Of a DNA stretch of 35,079 nt, positions 25,470-34,961 are shown in pieces. Origin of the DNA: Elusimicrobiota bacterium (GTDB taxonomy: Bacteria > Elusimicrobiota > Elusimicrobia > UBA1565); assembly GCA_043819795.1 (NCBI GenBank), contig JBDREN010000063.1, positions 1 to 35,079 on the forward strand, written 5' to 3'. The notes beneath the pieces are model-generated. The model did no database searches, was not told the DNA's origin, and saw only the letters and a list, made by a program, of their open reading frames with translations. How positions within the stretch are numbered: position 1 is the stretch's first letter; the number at the start of each line of letters is the position of its first letter. Position numbers and translations under genes: made by a program.

Positions 25470-25730
25470 ATGGCTGCAAGGCAACCGGTCAATCTGGCAT
25501 CGGCTAAGATCCCGCATGCGAAGCTGTTCATCCTGCCGGAGCGGTGCAAAGGGTGCCGCTTCTGCATCGAGTTCTGCCCGAAGGATGTCCTCGTGGAATC
25601 CGAGGAGATCAACGCGAAGGGCTACCATTACCCGATCTCCAAGGAAGGCAAGGAGGACGCGTGCGTCCACTGCCGGTTCTGCGATCTGGTCTGCCCCGAG
25701 ATGGCTATATACACCGAGGAGGTCGAATGA
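25470..25730 (+). CDS. korD: 2x[4Fe-4S] ferredoxin; delta subunit of 2-oxoacid:ferredoxin oxidoreductase
   Basis: CKGCRFCIEFCP and CVHCRFCDLVCP; first gene of the operon. Substrate not established. Confidence 0.88.
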   Translation: MAARQPVNLASAKIPHAKLFILPERCKGCRFCIEFCPKDVLVESEEINAKGYHYPISKEGKEDACVHCRFCDLVCPEMAIYTEEVE

Positions 25731-26881
25731 GCCCTTCTGGACGAGTCTTGACTGGACAGCACTTCATGCTCGGCGACCACGCGGCCGCCGAAGGAGCCTT
25801 GGCCGCGGGACTGACTTTCTTCGCCGGCTATCCCATCACCCCCTCCACCGAGATCATGGAGCGCCTCGCCGTGAGGATGCCCAAGGTGGCGGGGTGCAAG
25901 TTCGTGCAGATGGAGGACGAGCTCGCCAGCATGGCCGCGATCTGCGGAGCATCATGCGCCGGCGCGCGAAGCATGACCGCCACTTCGGGCCCCGGCTTGA
26001 GCCTGATGATGGAGAATGTGGGCCTGGCATGCATGCTGGAGCTCCCCTGCGTCGTCATCGACGTGATGCGCGGCTCGCCGTCCACGGGCCTTCCCACGGC
26101 CGTGGGCCAGGGAGACATCATCCAGACGCGCTGGGGCTCGCACGGCGACTACGCCATCGTGGCCTACTGCCCCAACTCGCCCCAGGAGTGCTTCGACCTC
26201 ACGGTCAAGGCATTCAACACGGCGGACCTTTACCGCATCCCCACCTTCGTGCTGATGGACGAGGTGATCGGGCATATGACCGAACGCGTGGTCATCCCCG
26301 AGCCGGGCGAGATCCCGCGCGCTCACCGGAAGCGTCCGTCGAAGCCGGCCAACGGCGGGGAGTTCTTTCCGTTCCGGGCGGACGGGGACATGATCCCTCC
26401 GATGGTCCACGCCGGCGAGGGCTACAAGGTCCATTTCACCGGCCTGACCCACAACGAGAAGGGCTATCCGGACCTCACCGCGCAGGCGCACGACGCCTTG
26501 GTGCGGAGGCTGATCAATAAGGTCAGGCTCAACGCCAAGGCGATCGTCGAGTTCGAGGAAGTCGGCCTTGACGACGCCGAGGTGGTGGTGGTGGCTTTCG
26601 GCTGCACCTCCCGGTCGGCCCGGAGCGCCGTCGCCATGGCGCGCGAGAAGGGCGTCCGGGCGGGTTTCCTCCGGCCCATCACGCTTTGGCCCTTCCCCGA
26701 GGACCGGCTGCGGCGAGTTATAGAAAAAGGGAACGTAAAACGCTTCGTTGTTCCAGAATTGAACATGGGCCAGGTCGCGCGGGAGGTGGAGCGCATCACC
26801 CAGCTCCCCGTCGTGCGCGTCAACCACCTGGGTGGGACCATGCTGATGCCGGAGGGCATCTTGGAGGGGGTGCTCAAGTGA
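25727..26881 (+). CDS. korA: 2-oxoacid:ferredoxin oxidoreductase alpha subunit
   Basis: AGYPITPSTE, QMEDE, TATSGPG, RGSPSTG, ELNMGQ; ATGA overlap. Confidence 0.92.
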   Translation: MSPSGRVLTGQHFMLGDHAAAEGALAAGLTFFAGYPITPSTEIMERLAVRMPKVAGCKFVQMEDELASMAAICGASCAGARSMTATSGPGLSLMMENVGLACMLELPCVVIDVMRGSPSTGLPTAVGQGDIIQTRWGSHGDYAIVAYCPNSPQECFDLTVKAFNTADLYRIPTFVLMDEVIGHMTERVVIPEPGEIPRAHRKRPSKPANGGEFFPFRADGDMIPPMVHAGEGYKVHFTGLTHNEKGYPDLTAQAHDALVRRLINKVRLNAKAIVEFEEVGLDDAEVVVVAFGCTSRSARSAVAMAREKGVRAGFLRPITLWPFPEDRLRRVIEKGNVKRFVVPELNMGQVAREVERITQLPVVRVNHLGGTMLMPEGILEGVLK

Positions 26882-27786
26882 GTCAAAAGAACGTCACCAT
26901 CGTAGACAAACATCCGAACGATCACCTGTTCCGGGCGGACCGGTTTCCGCATATCCTGTGCCCGGGCTGCGGGGTGGGGCCGGCCATGCAGTGCTACGCC
27001 AACGCCATGGTCGAGTCCGGCTATCCCCTCGACAAGCACGTGTGCGTCTCGGGCATCGGCTGCTCGGGCCGGACCGCGGGCTACGTCAACGTCGACTCCT
27101 ACCACAGCACCCACGGCCGGGCCATCCCCTTCGCCTTGGGCATCGCCGTGACCAACCCCGAGCTGCGGGTGACCGTGTTCAGCGGGGACGGGGACCTCAT
27201 CTCCATCGGAGGCAACCACTTCATCCACTCGGCGAGGCGCAACGTGGACCTCACCGTCATCTGCGTCAACAACTTCAACTACGGCATGACGGGCGGGCAG
27301 GCGGGACCCACCACGCCGCTGGGGGCCAAGGCGAGCACGGCCCCCTACGGGAACGCGGAGCGGCCTTTCAACCTGCCCTATCTGGCGGCGGCCGTCGGCG
27401 CTCCCTTTGTGGCGCGATGGACTTCCCTGCACGTCCGGCAACTCAAGGACGCCATGGTCCGGGCCATCAAGAAGAGGGGCTTCTCGTTCGTCGAGGTCCT
27501 CGCCCCGTGCCCGACCGGCTTCGGCCGGCCCAACAACATCGGCGACAGCCTGGAGGAGATGGGGCGCTACCGGACCCGCTGCGTCGTGGACCACAAGGCC
27601 CCGCTCGACGAGCTCGACATCGACCTCCGCGACACCGACAAGCCGTTCGTCCTGGGCAACTTCGTGGACATCGACAAGCCGTGCTACCGGCCGCCGATGA
27701 TGCAGCAGAGCCCGGCGGAGGAGTTCGGCCCGCCTCGGGACCACGGGGTGGCGCAAACGACGGCGGGTCTGGAGGGGCACCAGTGA
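26878..27786 (+). CDS. korB: 2-oxoacid:ferredoxin oxidoreductase beta (TPP-binding) subunit
   Basis: CPGCG, SGIGCS, HGRA, GDGD...NN, YGMTGGQ, PCPT; GTGA overlap. Confidence 0.92.
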   Translation: MSQKNVTIVDKHPNDHLFRADRFPHILCPGCGVGPAMQCYANAMVESGYPLDKHVCVSGIGCSGRTAGYVNVDSYHSTHGRAIPFALGIAVTNPELRVTVFSGDGDLISIGGNHFIHSARRNVDLTVICVNNFNYGMTGGQAGPTTPLGAKASTAPYGNAERPFNLPYLAAAVGAPFVARWTSLHVRQLKDAMVRAIKKRGFSFVEVLAPCPTGFGRPNNIGDSLEEMGRYRTRCVVDHKAPLDELDIDLRDTDKPFVLGNFVDIDKPCYRPPMMQQSPAEEFGPPRDHGVAQTTAGLEGHQ

Positions 27787-28322
27787 GAACAGAGATTCAG
27801 ATAGCGGGCTTCGGCGGTCAGGGGATGGTCCTCGCGGGGATGCTCCTCGGGAAGGCGGCATCCCTCTACGACGGCAAGGAAGCGGTCTTCACGCAGTCCT
27901 ACGGCCCGGAGGCTCGCGGCGGCGCTTCCTGCGCGAACGTGGTCATCGAAGACATACCCGTGGATTTTCCCCTGGTCACCAAGCCGGATATCCTGGTGGC
28001 CATGTTCCAGGAGGCGTACGCCAAGTACCGGCCCCGGCTCAAGAAGGGCGGGACTTTGATCCTGGACACCGGCTTGGTCAAGCCGGAGACGGCGGATAGG
28101 AAGTGCGCGGGGCTGCCGGCGACCCGCGTGGCCGAGGAGCTCGGCAGGCGGATCGTGGCGAACGTGGTGATGTTCGGCTACGTCGTCGGCCTGACCGGGG
28201 TCATCAGCCGCGAAGCCGCGGAGAAGGCCATCCATTCCACGGTCAAGCCCAAGACCGTGAACCTAAACCTAAAGGCGTTCGCGGCCGGCTTCGACCGCGC
28301 GCGGGAGAAGGTGACAGCGTGA
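27783..28322 (+). CDS. korC: 2-oxoacid:ferredoxin oxidoreductase gamma subunit
   Basis: AGFGGQG, YGPEARGG, NLKAF; GTGA overlap. Confidence 0.92.
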   Translation: MRTEIQIAGFGGQGMVLAGMLLGKAASLYDGKEAVFTQSYGPEARGGASCANVVIEDIPVDFPLVTKPDILVAMFQEAYAKYRPRLKKGGTLILDTGLVKPETADRKCAGLPATRVAEELGRRIVANVVMFGYVVGLTGVISREAAEKAIHSTVKPKTVNLNLKAFAAGFDRAREKVTA

Positions 28323-31300
28323 GCGATTCGATACTGATCATCGGCGGAGGCATAGCGGGCATCCAGGCGGCGCTCGACCTGGCGGAGGCCGGGTCCCGCG
28401 TGATCCTGGTGGAGAAGTCGCCGTCCATCGGCGGCAAGATGGCGGTGCTCGACAAGAACTTCCCGACGCTGGACTGCTCGATCTGCATCGAGGCCCCCAA
28501 GATGAGCGAGGTGGGCCAGAACAAGAACATCGAGATCCTCAGCCCGGCCGAGGTGGTGGGGCTGGAGGGCGAGCCCGGCAGCTTTAAGGTGAAGATCCGC
28601 AAGCAGAACCGCATGGTGACCGACGAGTGCACGCGCTGCGACCTGTGCTCGCAGGCCTGCCCGCAGGTGCTTCCCAACGAGTTCGACTCCGGGATGGCCT
28701 TCCGGAAGGCCGTCTACACCCCCATCACTCAGGCGGTGCCGAGCCCCTATCTCGTGGACCTCGACAACTGCCTCAACGACCCGCCCAACTACATGCCCTG
28801 CCAGCGCTGCGTGGACGCGTGCCTGCCCAAGTGCATCGACTTCGGCATGCCGCGCGAGGAGATCGTGGAGCGCGAGGCCGCCTCGGTCATCGTGGCCGTG
28901 GGCTACGACCTCATGCCCGGCGAGCGGATGAAGGAGTACGGCTACGGGACCCATCCCGACATCCTCACCTCCATGGAGCTCGAAAGGCTGCTGACCTCCG
29001 CGGGCCCCACGGGGGGCGAGATCCTCAGGCCCTCGGACGGCAAGCACGCGCACAACGCCCTGATGGTGCTGTGCGTCGGCTCGCGCGACCAGCGCTACTT
29101 CAGGCACTGCTCCCGCTTCTGCTGCATGTACACCGCGAAGCACGCGTTCCAGATGATGGACCACGGGGTCAAGGACCTCACGATCCTCTACATGGACCGG
29201 CGGGCCTACGGCAAGGGCTTCGACGAGTTCTGGACGAGGACGGCCACCGACGGGGCGAAGTACGTCCGCGGGCGGCTGGCCAGCGTGAAGCCCAAGGAGG
29301 GCGGCGGCCTCACGGCGACCTACGAGAGCACGAAGGAAGGGAAGCTCGTGAAGCGGGACTTCGAGATGGTTGTGCTCGCGACGGCGGTCCAGCCCTCGGC
29401 CGGCATGGAGGAGCTCGCTCAGGCCCTCGGCATCGAGCTCGACACCGACGGCTTCGTCAAGGCCGTGGAGACCAAGGGAGGCCTCATCCACACGACCCGC
29501 CCCGGCATCTACGCGGCGGGCTGCGCCTCGGGCGCCAAGGACATCCCGGATTCGGTGGCGGAGGGCGGAGCCGCGTCGGTCCTCGCCCTGGGCCACTTGG
29601 ACAAGCGGACCTGGCCGGAGGAGGAGGAGGTCGAGCCCATCACCGGTATCGAGACCGCGCGCATCGGCGTGTTCGTATGCCACTGCGGCTCCAATATCGC
29701 CGGCGTGGTGGACGTCGATCGAGTCACCGAGTACGCCAAGAAGCTCCCCGGCGTCGTGTACGCCCAGTCGCAGATGTTCTCGTGCGCGGGGAACACCCAG
29801 GCGGACATCGAGAAGGCCATCAAGGACAACGGCATCACCCGGGTCGTGGTGGCGGCCTGCTCGCCCAAGACCCACGAGATCACCTTCCGCGGCGTCCTCC
29901 ACCGGGCGGGGCTCAACCCCTACCTGCTCGAGCTGAGCAACGTGCGCAACCAGGACTCCTGGGTGCACAAGGAGCACAAGGAGGAGGCCACGATCAAGGC
30001 CATGGACATGGTGGCCATGGCGGTCGAGAAGGCGAGGCGCCTGACCCCCCTGCACGCCACGCACCAGCCCGTCATCCAGAAGGCCTTGGTCATCGGCGGC
30101 GGCGTGGCGGGCATGACGGCCGCGGCCGCGGTCGCGCGCCAGGGTTACGAGACCCATCTGGTCGAGAAGGAGGACCGGCTGGGCGGCGTCGTCGCGGACC
30201 TGGAGGATATCGCTCCCTCCGGCATCAAGGCCAAGGAGCTCATCGGAACCCTCACCAAGCAGCTCGAGTTGGGGGGCGTCCACGTCCACATGAAGACCAC
30301 CGTCGAGCTGATCAGCGGCTACGTTGGCAATTTCGAGGCCAGGCTCTCGAACGGCAAGGAGTTCAAGATCGGGGCCGTGATCCTGGCCATGGGCGCCGCC
30401 CCCTACGAGCCGACCGAGTTCGGCTACGGCGTCGACAAGAAGGTCCTCACGAACGTGGACCTTGAGGCGGCGCTGGCCAACGGCGGCCTTCCGGGCGAGA
30501 CGGTCACCTTTGTAGGCTGCGTGGGGTCGAGAAAGGACAAGGCCGGCTGCTCGCGCTACTGCTGCGCCTCCATGATCCAGCAGGCGCTGCACCTTAGGCG
30601 GCTGGGCAAGAAGGTGCGGGTGCTCTACAAGGACATCCGGACCTTCACCCGCCACGCCGAGGAGCTCTATGAGACGGCCTGCCGCGAGGGCGTGCAGTTC
30701 TTCCGCTACGACGAGGAGAAGCCGCCGGAAGAGGCCGTGCGCTTCGAGGACGGGACCGTCAGAGTCACCGACGAGATCACGGGCAGGGAGATCCGTATCC
30801 CGACGGCCCATCTGATCCTGGCCACCGCTTTGGTCCCCCGCGAGGACACCATCGCGGCGCAGCTCAAGCTGGCCAAGAGCTCGGACGGGTTCATGCTCGA
30901 GCTGCACCCCAAGCTGGGGCCGGCCGAGACCGCCTCGCAGGGCATCTACCTGGCCGGATCGATCCAGGCGCCCAAAGACGTGCGCGAGGCCATCGCCCAG
31001 GGCCTGGCAGCGGCCTCCAAGGCCTCGGGGCTTCTAGCCAAGGACACCCACGAGAAGGAGCCTTTGACGGCGAAACACGACCCGGAGAAGTGCAAGGCCT
31101 GCATGGCTTGCGTCAAGGTCTGTCCGTTCGGCGCGATCGAGCAGATCGGCAAGGTCAAGGAGGGCAGCATCAAGATCAATGAGGCCCTGTGCATGGGCTG
31201 CGGCAACTGCGCGGCCCAGTGCAACTTCGGGGCGATCGATATGCCCTTCTTCACCAAGGACCAGATCCTCGCGCAGATCGACGCCACGCTGGCCGAGAAG

Positions 31301-31759
31301 CCGGAGGAGAAGGTACTCGTCTTCGCCTGCAACTGGTGCTCCTACGCGGGGGCCGACCAGGCCGGCATCGAGAAGGTCCAGTACCCTCCGTCCTCCCGGG
31401 TCATTCGCACGATGTGCTCCGCCCGGTTCGAGAAGTCCTTCATTGAGCGCGCCTTCGAGAAGGGCGTCGGCGCGGTGCTCATCAGCGGATGCCGGCTCAC
31501 GGAGCAGGGCTCGGACTGCCACTACAACTACGCCAACACGCACACCATGAAGCGCTTCCGGGCGTGGCGGAGCATGATGGCGCGCAAGGGCGTCGTCGAG
31601 GAGCGGCTCCAGCTGCGGTGGATCTCGGCCGCGGAGGGCAAGGAGTTCGCGGCCAAGATGAAGGAGATGCACGAGGTCGTCGGCAGATACGTGAAATCCC
31701 TCAAGGAGAAACCGGCCGAGCCGGTCGGCGCCTCCAAGGAGGAGCCAAAGAAGTCATGA
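28319..31759 (+). CDS. hdrA: Heterodisulfide reductase A-like flavoprotein with tandem FAD modules and fused C-terminal MvhD domain, 1146 aa
   Basis: GGGIAG..LDKNFPTLDCSICI; ferredoxin insert; CVGSRD..CSRFCC; GVFVCHCG..AACSP; second GGGVAG..CVGSR..CSRYCC; 2x[4Fe-4S]; MvhD motifs CNWCSYAGAD, MCS, SGC, DCHY. Confidence 0.9.
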   Translation: MSDSILIIGGGIAGIQAALDLAEAGSRVILVEKSPSIGGKMAVLDKNFPTLDCSICIEAPKMSEVGQNKNIEILSPAEVVGLEGEPGSFKVKIRKQNRMVTDECTRCDLCSQACPQVLPNEFDSGMAFRKAVYTPITQAVPSPYLVDLDNCLNDPPNYMPCQRCVDACLPKCIDFGMPREEIVEREAASVIVAVGYDLMPGERMKEYGYGTHPDILTSMELERLLTSAGPTGGEILRPSDGKHAHNALMVLCVGSRDQRYFRHCSRFCCMYTAKHAFQMMDHGVKDLTILYMDRRAYGKGFDEFWTRTATDGAKYVRGRLASVKPKEGGGLTATYESTKEGKLVKRDFEMVVLATAVQPSAGMEELAQALGIELDTDGFVKAVETKGGLIHTTRPGIYAAGCASGAKDIPDSVAEGGAASVLALGHLDKRTWPEEEEVEPITGIETARIGVFVCHCGSNIAGVVDVDRVTEYAKKLPGVVYAQSQMFSCAGNTQADIEKAIKDNGITRVVVAACSPKTHEITFRGVLHRAGLNPYLLELSNVRNQDSWVHKEHKEEATIKAMDMVAMAVEKARRLTPLHATHQPVIQKALVIGGGVAGMTAAAAVARQGYETHLVEKEDRLGGVVADLEDIAPSGIKAKELIGTLTKQLELGGVHVHMKTTVELISGYVGNFEARLSNGKEFKIGAVILAMGAAPYEPTEFGYGVDKKVLTNVDLEAALANGGLPGETVTFVGCVGSRKDKAGCSRYCCASMIQQALHLRRLGKKVRVLYKDIRTFTRHAEELYETACREGVQFFRYDEEKPPEEAVRFEDGTVRVTDEITGREIRIPTAHLILATALVPREDTIAAQLKLAKSSDGFMLELHPKLGPAETASQGIYLAGSIQAPKDVREAIAQGLAAASKASGLLAKDTHEKEPLTAKHDPEKCKACMACVKVCPFGAIEQIGKVKEGSIKINEALCMGCGNCAAQCNFGAIDMPFFTKDQILAQIDATLAEKPEEKVLVFACNWCSYAGADQAGIEKVQYPPSSRVIRTMCSARFEKSFIERAFEKGVGAVLISGCRLTEQGSDCHYNYANTHTMKRFRAWRSMMARKGVVEERLQLRWISAAEGKEFAAKMKEMHEVVGRYVKSLKEKPAEPVGASKEEPKKS

Positions 31760-32964
31760 CCGAACATCCTAACGGCAAAGAACCGATCCTACTGAACGAC
31801 GAGATTTGGGAGAAGGTGCTCAAGGCGACCGACGGGGCCGCCTGGCCCTGCTACCAGTGCGGGACCTGCACGGCCGCCTGTCCCTGGGGCCGGGTCCGCA
31901 AGGAGCCGCTCATGGTGCGGAGCCTCATCCGGAACGCGCAGCTCGGCATCGACGAGGAAAGCGAGATGCTCTGGCTTTGCACCTCCTGCGGGGCCTGCGA
32001 GGCCGGCTGTCCGCGCGGCGTGCCCATCGTCCAAGTGCTGCGGGCCCTGCGCTCGCTCGCCTGGAAGGAGAGGCGCGTGCCCAAGGGCCTGAGCCCGGTG
32101 CTGTGGGGCATGTACCAGGACGGCAACCCCTACTGCCTGCCTCCGTCCGAGCGCTCCAACTGGGCCAAGGGGCTCAAGCTGAAACCCTTCCAGGCCTCCG
32201 ACGAGGTATTGCTTTACGTGGGATGCACCGGATCCTACGACCGGCGCATCCAGAAGGTGGCCCGGGCCGTCGTCCAGCTCCTGGAGGCGGCGGGCGTGAA
32301 GTTCGGCACGCTGGGCGACGCGGAGCCGTGCTGCGGCGAGTCCGCCATGGCCATGGGCCAGGCGGACTACGCCGCGGAGATCTCCAAGGCCAACTCCGCG
32401 CTTTTCAAGGAGAAGGGCGTCAAGACCCTGGTCGCGATCTCCCCGCACTGCTTCGACATGTTCCGCAACCACATGCCCAAGCCCCATCCGGACTTCGAGG
32501 CTCTGCACTACACGCAGCTCCTGGCGCGGCTGATCGCGGACGGGCGGCTCTCCTTCAATGGGAGCTTCCCGAAGAAGGTGGCGTTCCAGGACCCCTGCTA
32601 TCTGGGCCGGCACAACGGCGAGTACGACGCCCCCCGGAAGGTCTTGGAGGCCGTCCCGGGACTGGAGCTTTCCGAGATGGGCGAGATCAAAGAGGAGTCG
32701 CTCTGCTGCGGCGCGGGCGGCGGGAGGATGTTCCTGGACACGGCTGCCGGGGAGCGCTTCTCGGACATCCGCGTGCAGCACGCCGCGGAAGCGAAGGCCG
32801 AGGTCCTTTCCACGGCCTGCCCGTTCTGCGTCGCCTGTCTCGAGGACAGCGCCGCGCAGACGCCCGGCCTTGAGGTGATGGACGTCGCGGAGATCGCGGT
32901 CGCCGCGCTCGGGTCCGGGAAGAAAGCAGCCGCAAAGCCGGCGGTCGCCGCCGGGGGGAGGTAG
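31756..32964 (+). CDS. HdrD/GlpC-like Fe-S protein (2x[4Fe-4S] + two CCG domains)
   Basis: CYQCGTCTAACP, CTSCGACEAGCP, PCCG, DPCYLGRHN, CCGAGGG, TACPFC. Confidence 0.88.
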   Translation: MTEHPNGKEPILLNDEIWEKVLKATDGAAWPCYQCGTCTAACPWGRVRKEPLMVRSLIRNAQLGIDEESEMLWLCTSCGACEAGCPRGVPIVQVLRALRSLAWKERRVPKGLSPVLWGMYQDGNPYCLPPSERSNWAKGLKLKPFQASDEVLLYVGCTGSYDRRIQKVARAVVQLLEAAGVKFGTLGDAEPCCGESAMAMGQADYAAEISKANSALFKEKGVKTLVAISPHCFDMFRNHMPKPHPDFEALHYTQLLARLIADGRLSFNGSFPKKVAFQDPCYLGRHNGEYDAPRKVLEAVPGLELSEMGEIKEESLCCGAGGGRMFLDTAAGERFSDIRVQHAAEAKAEVLSTACPFCVACLEDSAAQTPGLEVMDVAEIAVAALGSGKKAAAKPAVAAGGR

Positions 32965-32968
32965 GACG

Positions 32969-33973
32969 ATGGCGGATTCCCTGTATCGCCCCGAAGAGTC
33001 CAAGGGGATCTGGGTCTGGCTCGAGCACGACGGCAAGGCCCTCGAGGGCGTCTCGTTGCAGCTCCTGGCCAAGGGCCGCGAGCTCGCCGACGCGGCGGGC
33101 GAGAAGCTCGTCGGCTTCCTGATGGGCCACCAGCTCGATGCCCTCTCCAAGGAGACCCTCAAGTACGGCGTCGACGAGGTGATCGTGGCCGAGGACAAGC
33201 TTCTCAAGACCTACACCACCGACGCCTACAGCGACGCGGCCACGCAGGTGATCACCGATATGAAGCCGAACGTGCTCCTGCTCGGGGCCACGCCCGACGG
33301 CCGCGACCTGGCCGGGCGGCTGGCGGTCCGCCTGCGCACCGGTCTGACGGCCGACTGCACCGACCTGGTGATGAAGAAAGACGACCCCTGCCAGATGCTC
33401 GGCGAGGTCTGGGGCTTCGGCGGCGGCATCGCGGCCATGATCGCCATCCCCAAGCACCGGCCCCAGATGGCCACGGTGCGGCCCGGCGTGTTCGAGCCGG
33501 CCAAGGCGGCCCCCAAGAAGAAGGCCTCGGTCAAGCGCTGCAAGGTGACGATCGACGCCAAGAAGATCCGGACCAAGGTCCTCGAGCGCAAGATCGAGGA
33601 GGGCGTGGACCTCACCAAGTCCTCCGCCATCGTCGTCGGCGGGCGCGGGACCAAGGGGGACTTCAGCCCGATCAACGAGCTCGCCCGCCTCATCGGCGGC
33701 GAGGTGGGCTGCACGCGGGTGGCGGTGGACCAGGGCTGGGTCAAGCACGAGCGGATGGTCGGCCAGACCGGCGTGGTGACCCGCCCGAAGGTGGCGGTGG
33801 TCTGCGGCGTGTCGGGAGCCATGCAGTTCACGGTGGGCATCGCGGCGGCCGACAAGGTCGTGTCCATCAACTCCGATCCGGAGGCGCCCATCTTCGAGTG
33901 CTCGGACTATTGCGTCACCGAGGACCTCTTCAAGATCCTGCCGCCCCTCATCAAGGAGCTCAAGTCGAAATGA
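32969..33973 (+). CDS. etfA: Electron transfer flavoprotein alpha subunit (FixB family)
   Basis: GRDLAGRLA..TGLTADCT, RPQMATVRPG, GGRG, VGQTG, GVSGA, INSDPEAPIF. Confidence 0.92.
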   Translation: MADSLYRPEESKGIWVWLEHDGKALEGVSLQLLAKGRELADAAGEKLVGFLMGHQLDALSKETLKYGVDEVIVAEDKLLKTYTTDAYSDAATQVITDMKPNVLLLGATPDGRDLAGRLAVRLRTGLTADCTDLVMKKDDPCQMLGEVWGFGGGIAAMIAIPKHRPQMATVRPGVFEPAKAAPKKKASVKRCKVTIDAKKIRTKVLERKIEEGVDLTKSSAIVVGGRGTKGDFSPINELARLIGGEVGCTRVAVDQGWVKHERMVGQTGVVTRPKVAVVCGVSGAMQFTVGIAAADKVVSINSDPEAPIFECSDYCVTEDLFKILPPLIKELKSK

Positions 33974-34794
33974 AGAGCAACGGGAAGAAAGAGAATCTGC
34001 GCATCATCGTCTGCATGAAGGTCGTCCCCCGGCCCGAGGAGGTCGTGGTCGACCCCAAGACCCACACGCTGGACCGCGCCAAGGCCCGCAGCCTCATCAA
34101 CCCGCCCGACCTCAACGCGCTGGAGATGGCCCTGGCCCTCAAGGACGCCAACGGGGGCGAGGTCACGCTCGTCTCGATGGGCCCGCCGTTCGTCGAGCCC
34201 TATCTGCGCTTGGCCATGGCGGTCGGGGCCGACCGGGCCTTCCTGCTCTCCGACCGGGCTTTCGGCGCGGCGGACACGCTCGCCACGACCTATACGCTGG
34301 CCAAGGGCATCGAGAAGATCGGCGCCTTCGACATCATCCTCTGCGGCGAAGAGTCCTCGGACGGCGCGACCGCCCAGGTCCCGCCGGGCCTGGCCGAGTG
34401 GCTGGACGCGGCCCAGGTCATGTACGCCGTCAAGATGGAGAAGGTCCCGGGCAAGCCCCAGCTGAAGGTCCGCCGCGAGGTCAAAGGCGGCGTCGAGGAC
34501 CTGATCGTGAACCTGCCGGCCGTGGCCTCGGTCAAGTCCAACGTCAACGAGCCGCGCTTCATCGACTTCGACCGCCGGCCCTGGGCGACCGAGGAGACCC
34601 CCGTCACCGTGTGGAACTCCAAGGACCTCGGAACCAAGGCCGACCTCATCGGCCTGACCGGCTCGCCCAGCCGGGTGGACTCGGTCCGCCAGGTGTCCAC
34701 GCGCGAGCGCCAGAAGAAGGCCATGAAGGGGACTCCCGAGGAGATCGCCAAGGAGCTGGCGCAGATCATCCGCGCCCAGCTCCGCACGCGTTAA
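33970..34794 (+). CDS. etfB: Electron transfer flavoprotein beta subunit (FixA family)
   Basis: IVCMKVVP, INPPDLNALE, SMGPP, DRAFGAADTLAT, DGATAQV, NEPR. ATGA overlap gives start 33970. Confidence 0.92.
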   Translation: MKSNGKKENLRIIVCMKVVPRPEEVVVDPKTHTLDRAKARSLINPPDLNALEMALALKDANGGEVTLVSMGPPFVEPYLRLAMAVGADRAFLLSDRAFGAADTLATTYTLAKGIEKIGAFDIILCGEESSDGATAQVPPGLAEWLDAAQVMYAVKMEKVPGKPQLKVRREVKGGVEDLIVNLPAVASVKSNVNEPRFIDFDRRPWATEETPVTVWNSKDLGTKADLIGLTGSPSRVDSVRQVSTRERQKKAMKGTPEEIAKELAQIIRAQLRTR

Positions 34795-34814
34795 AGAACT
34801 TCAAAAGACCGCAT

Positions 34815-34858
34815 AAAGACCGAGCGGCGCCGCCTTGAGCGGACGCCGCTCGGTCTTT
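34815..34858 (+). terminator. Intrinsic terminator-like hairpin after etfB
   Basis: 15-bp perfect stem AAAGACCGAGCGGCG / CGCCGCTCGGTCTTT. Confidence 0.7.
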
Positions 34859-34876
34859 CCCGGCGCCAAGTACCTT

Positions 34877-34961
34877 GGTGTCAGGCTATGACTCTTGGAA
34901 CTTCCGGCTCCGACGGTTTTAGCCGCGAAAAGTCCAGTAAGTCAAGAAAGTCATAGCCTGA
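34877..34961. repeat. Family B inverted-repeat element with its right arm interrupted by the IS
   Basis: GGTGTCAGGCTATGACT (34877-34893) pairs with AGTCATAGCCTGA (34949-34961). The expected CACC is replaced by TAATCATATAG. Confidence 0.7.

Noticed and set aside
28178..30907. Very long antisense or off-frame ORFs (also 7763..10060, 4401..6368, 18990..20873, 1815..3302)
   Set aside because: Shadow ORFs expected from high-GC codon bias; they overlap well-supported genes and show no motifs.
28319..31759. Selenocysteine recoding in HdrA/MvhD
   Set aside because: The frame is open and all expected positions are Cys; there is no in-frame TGA.
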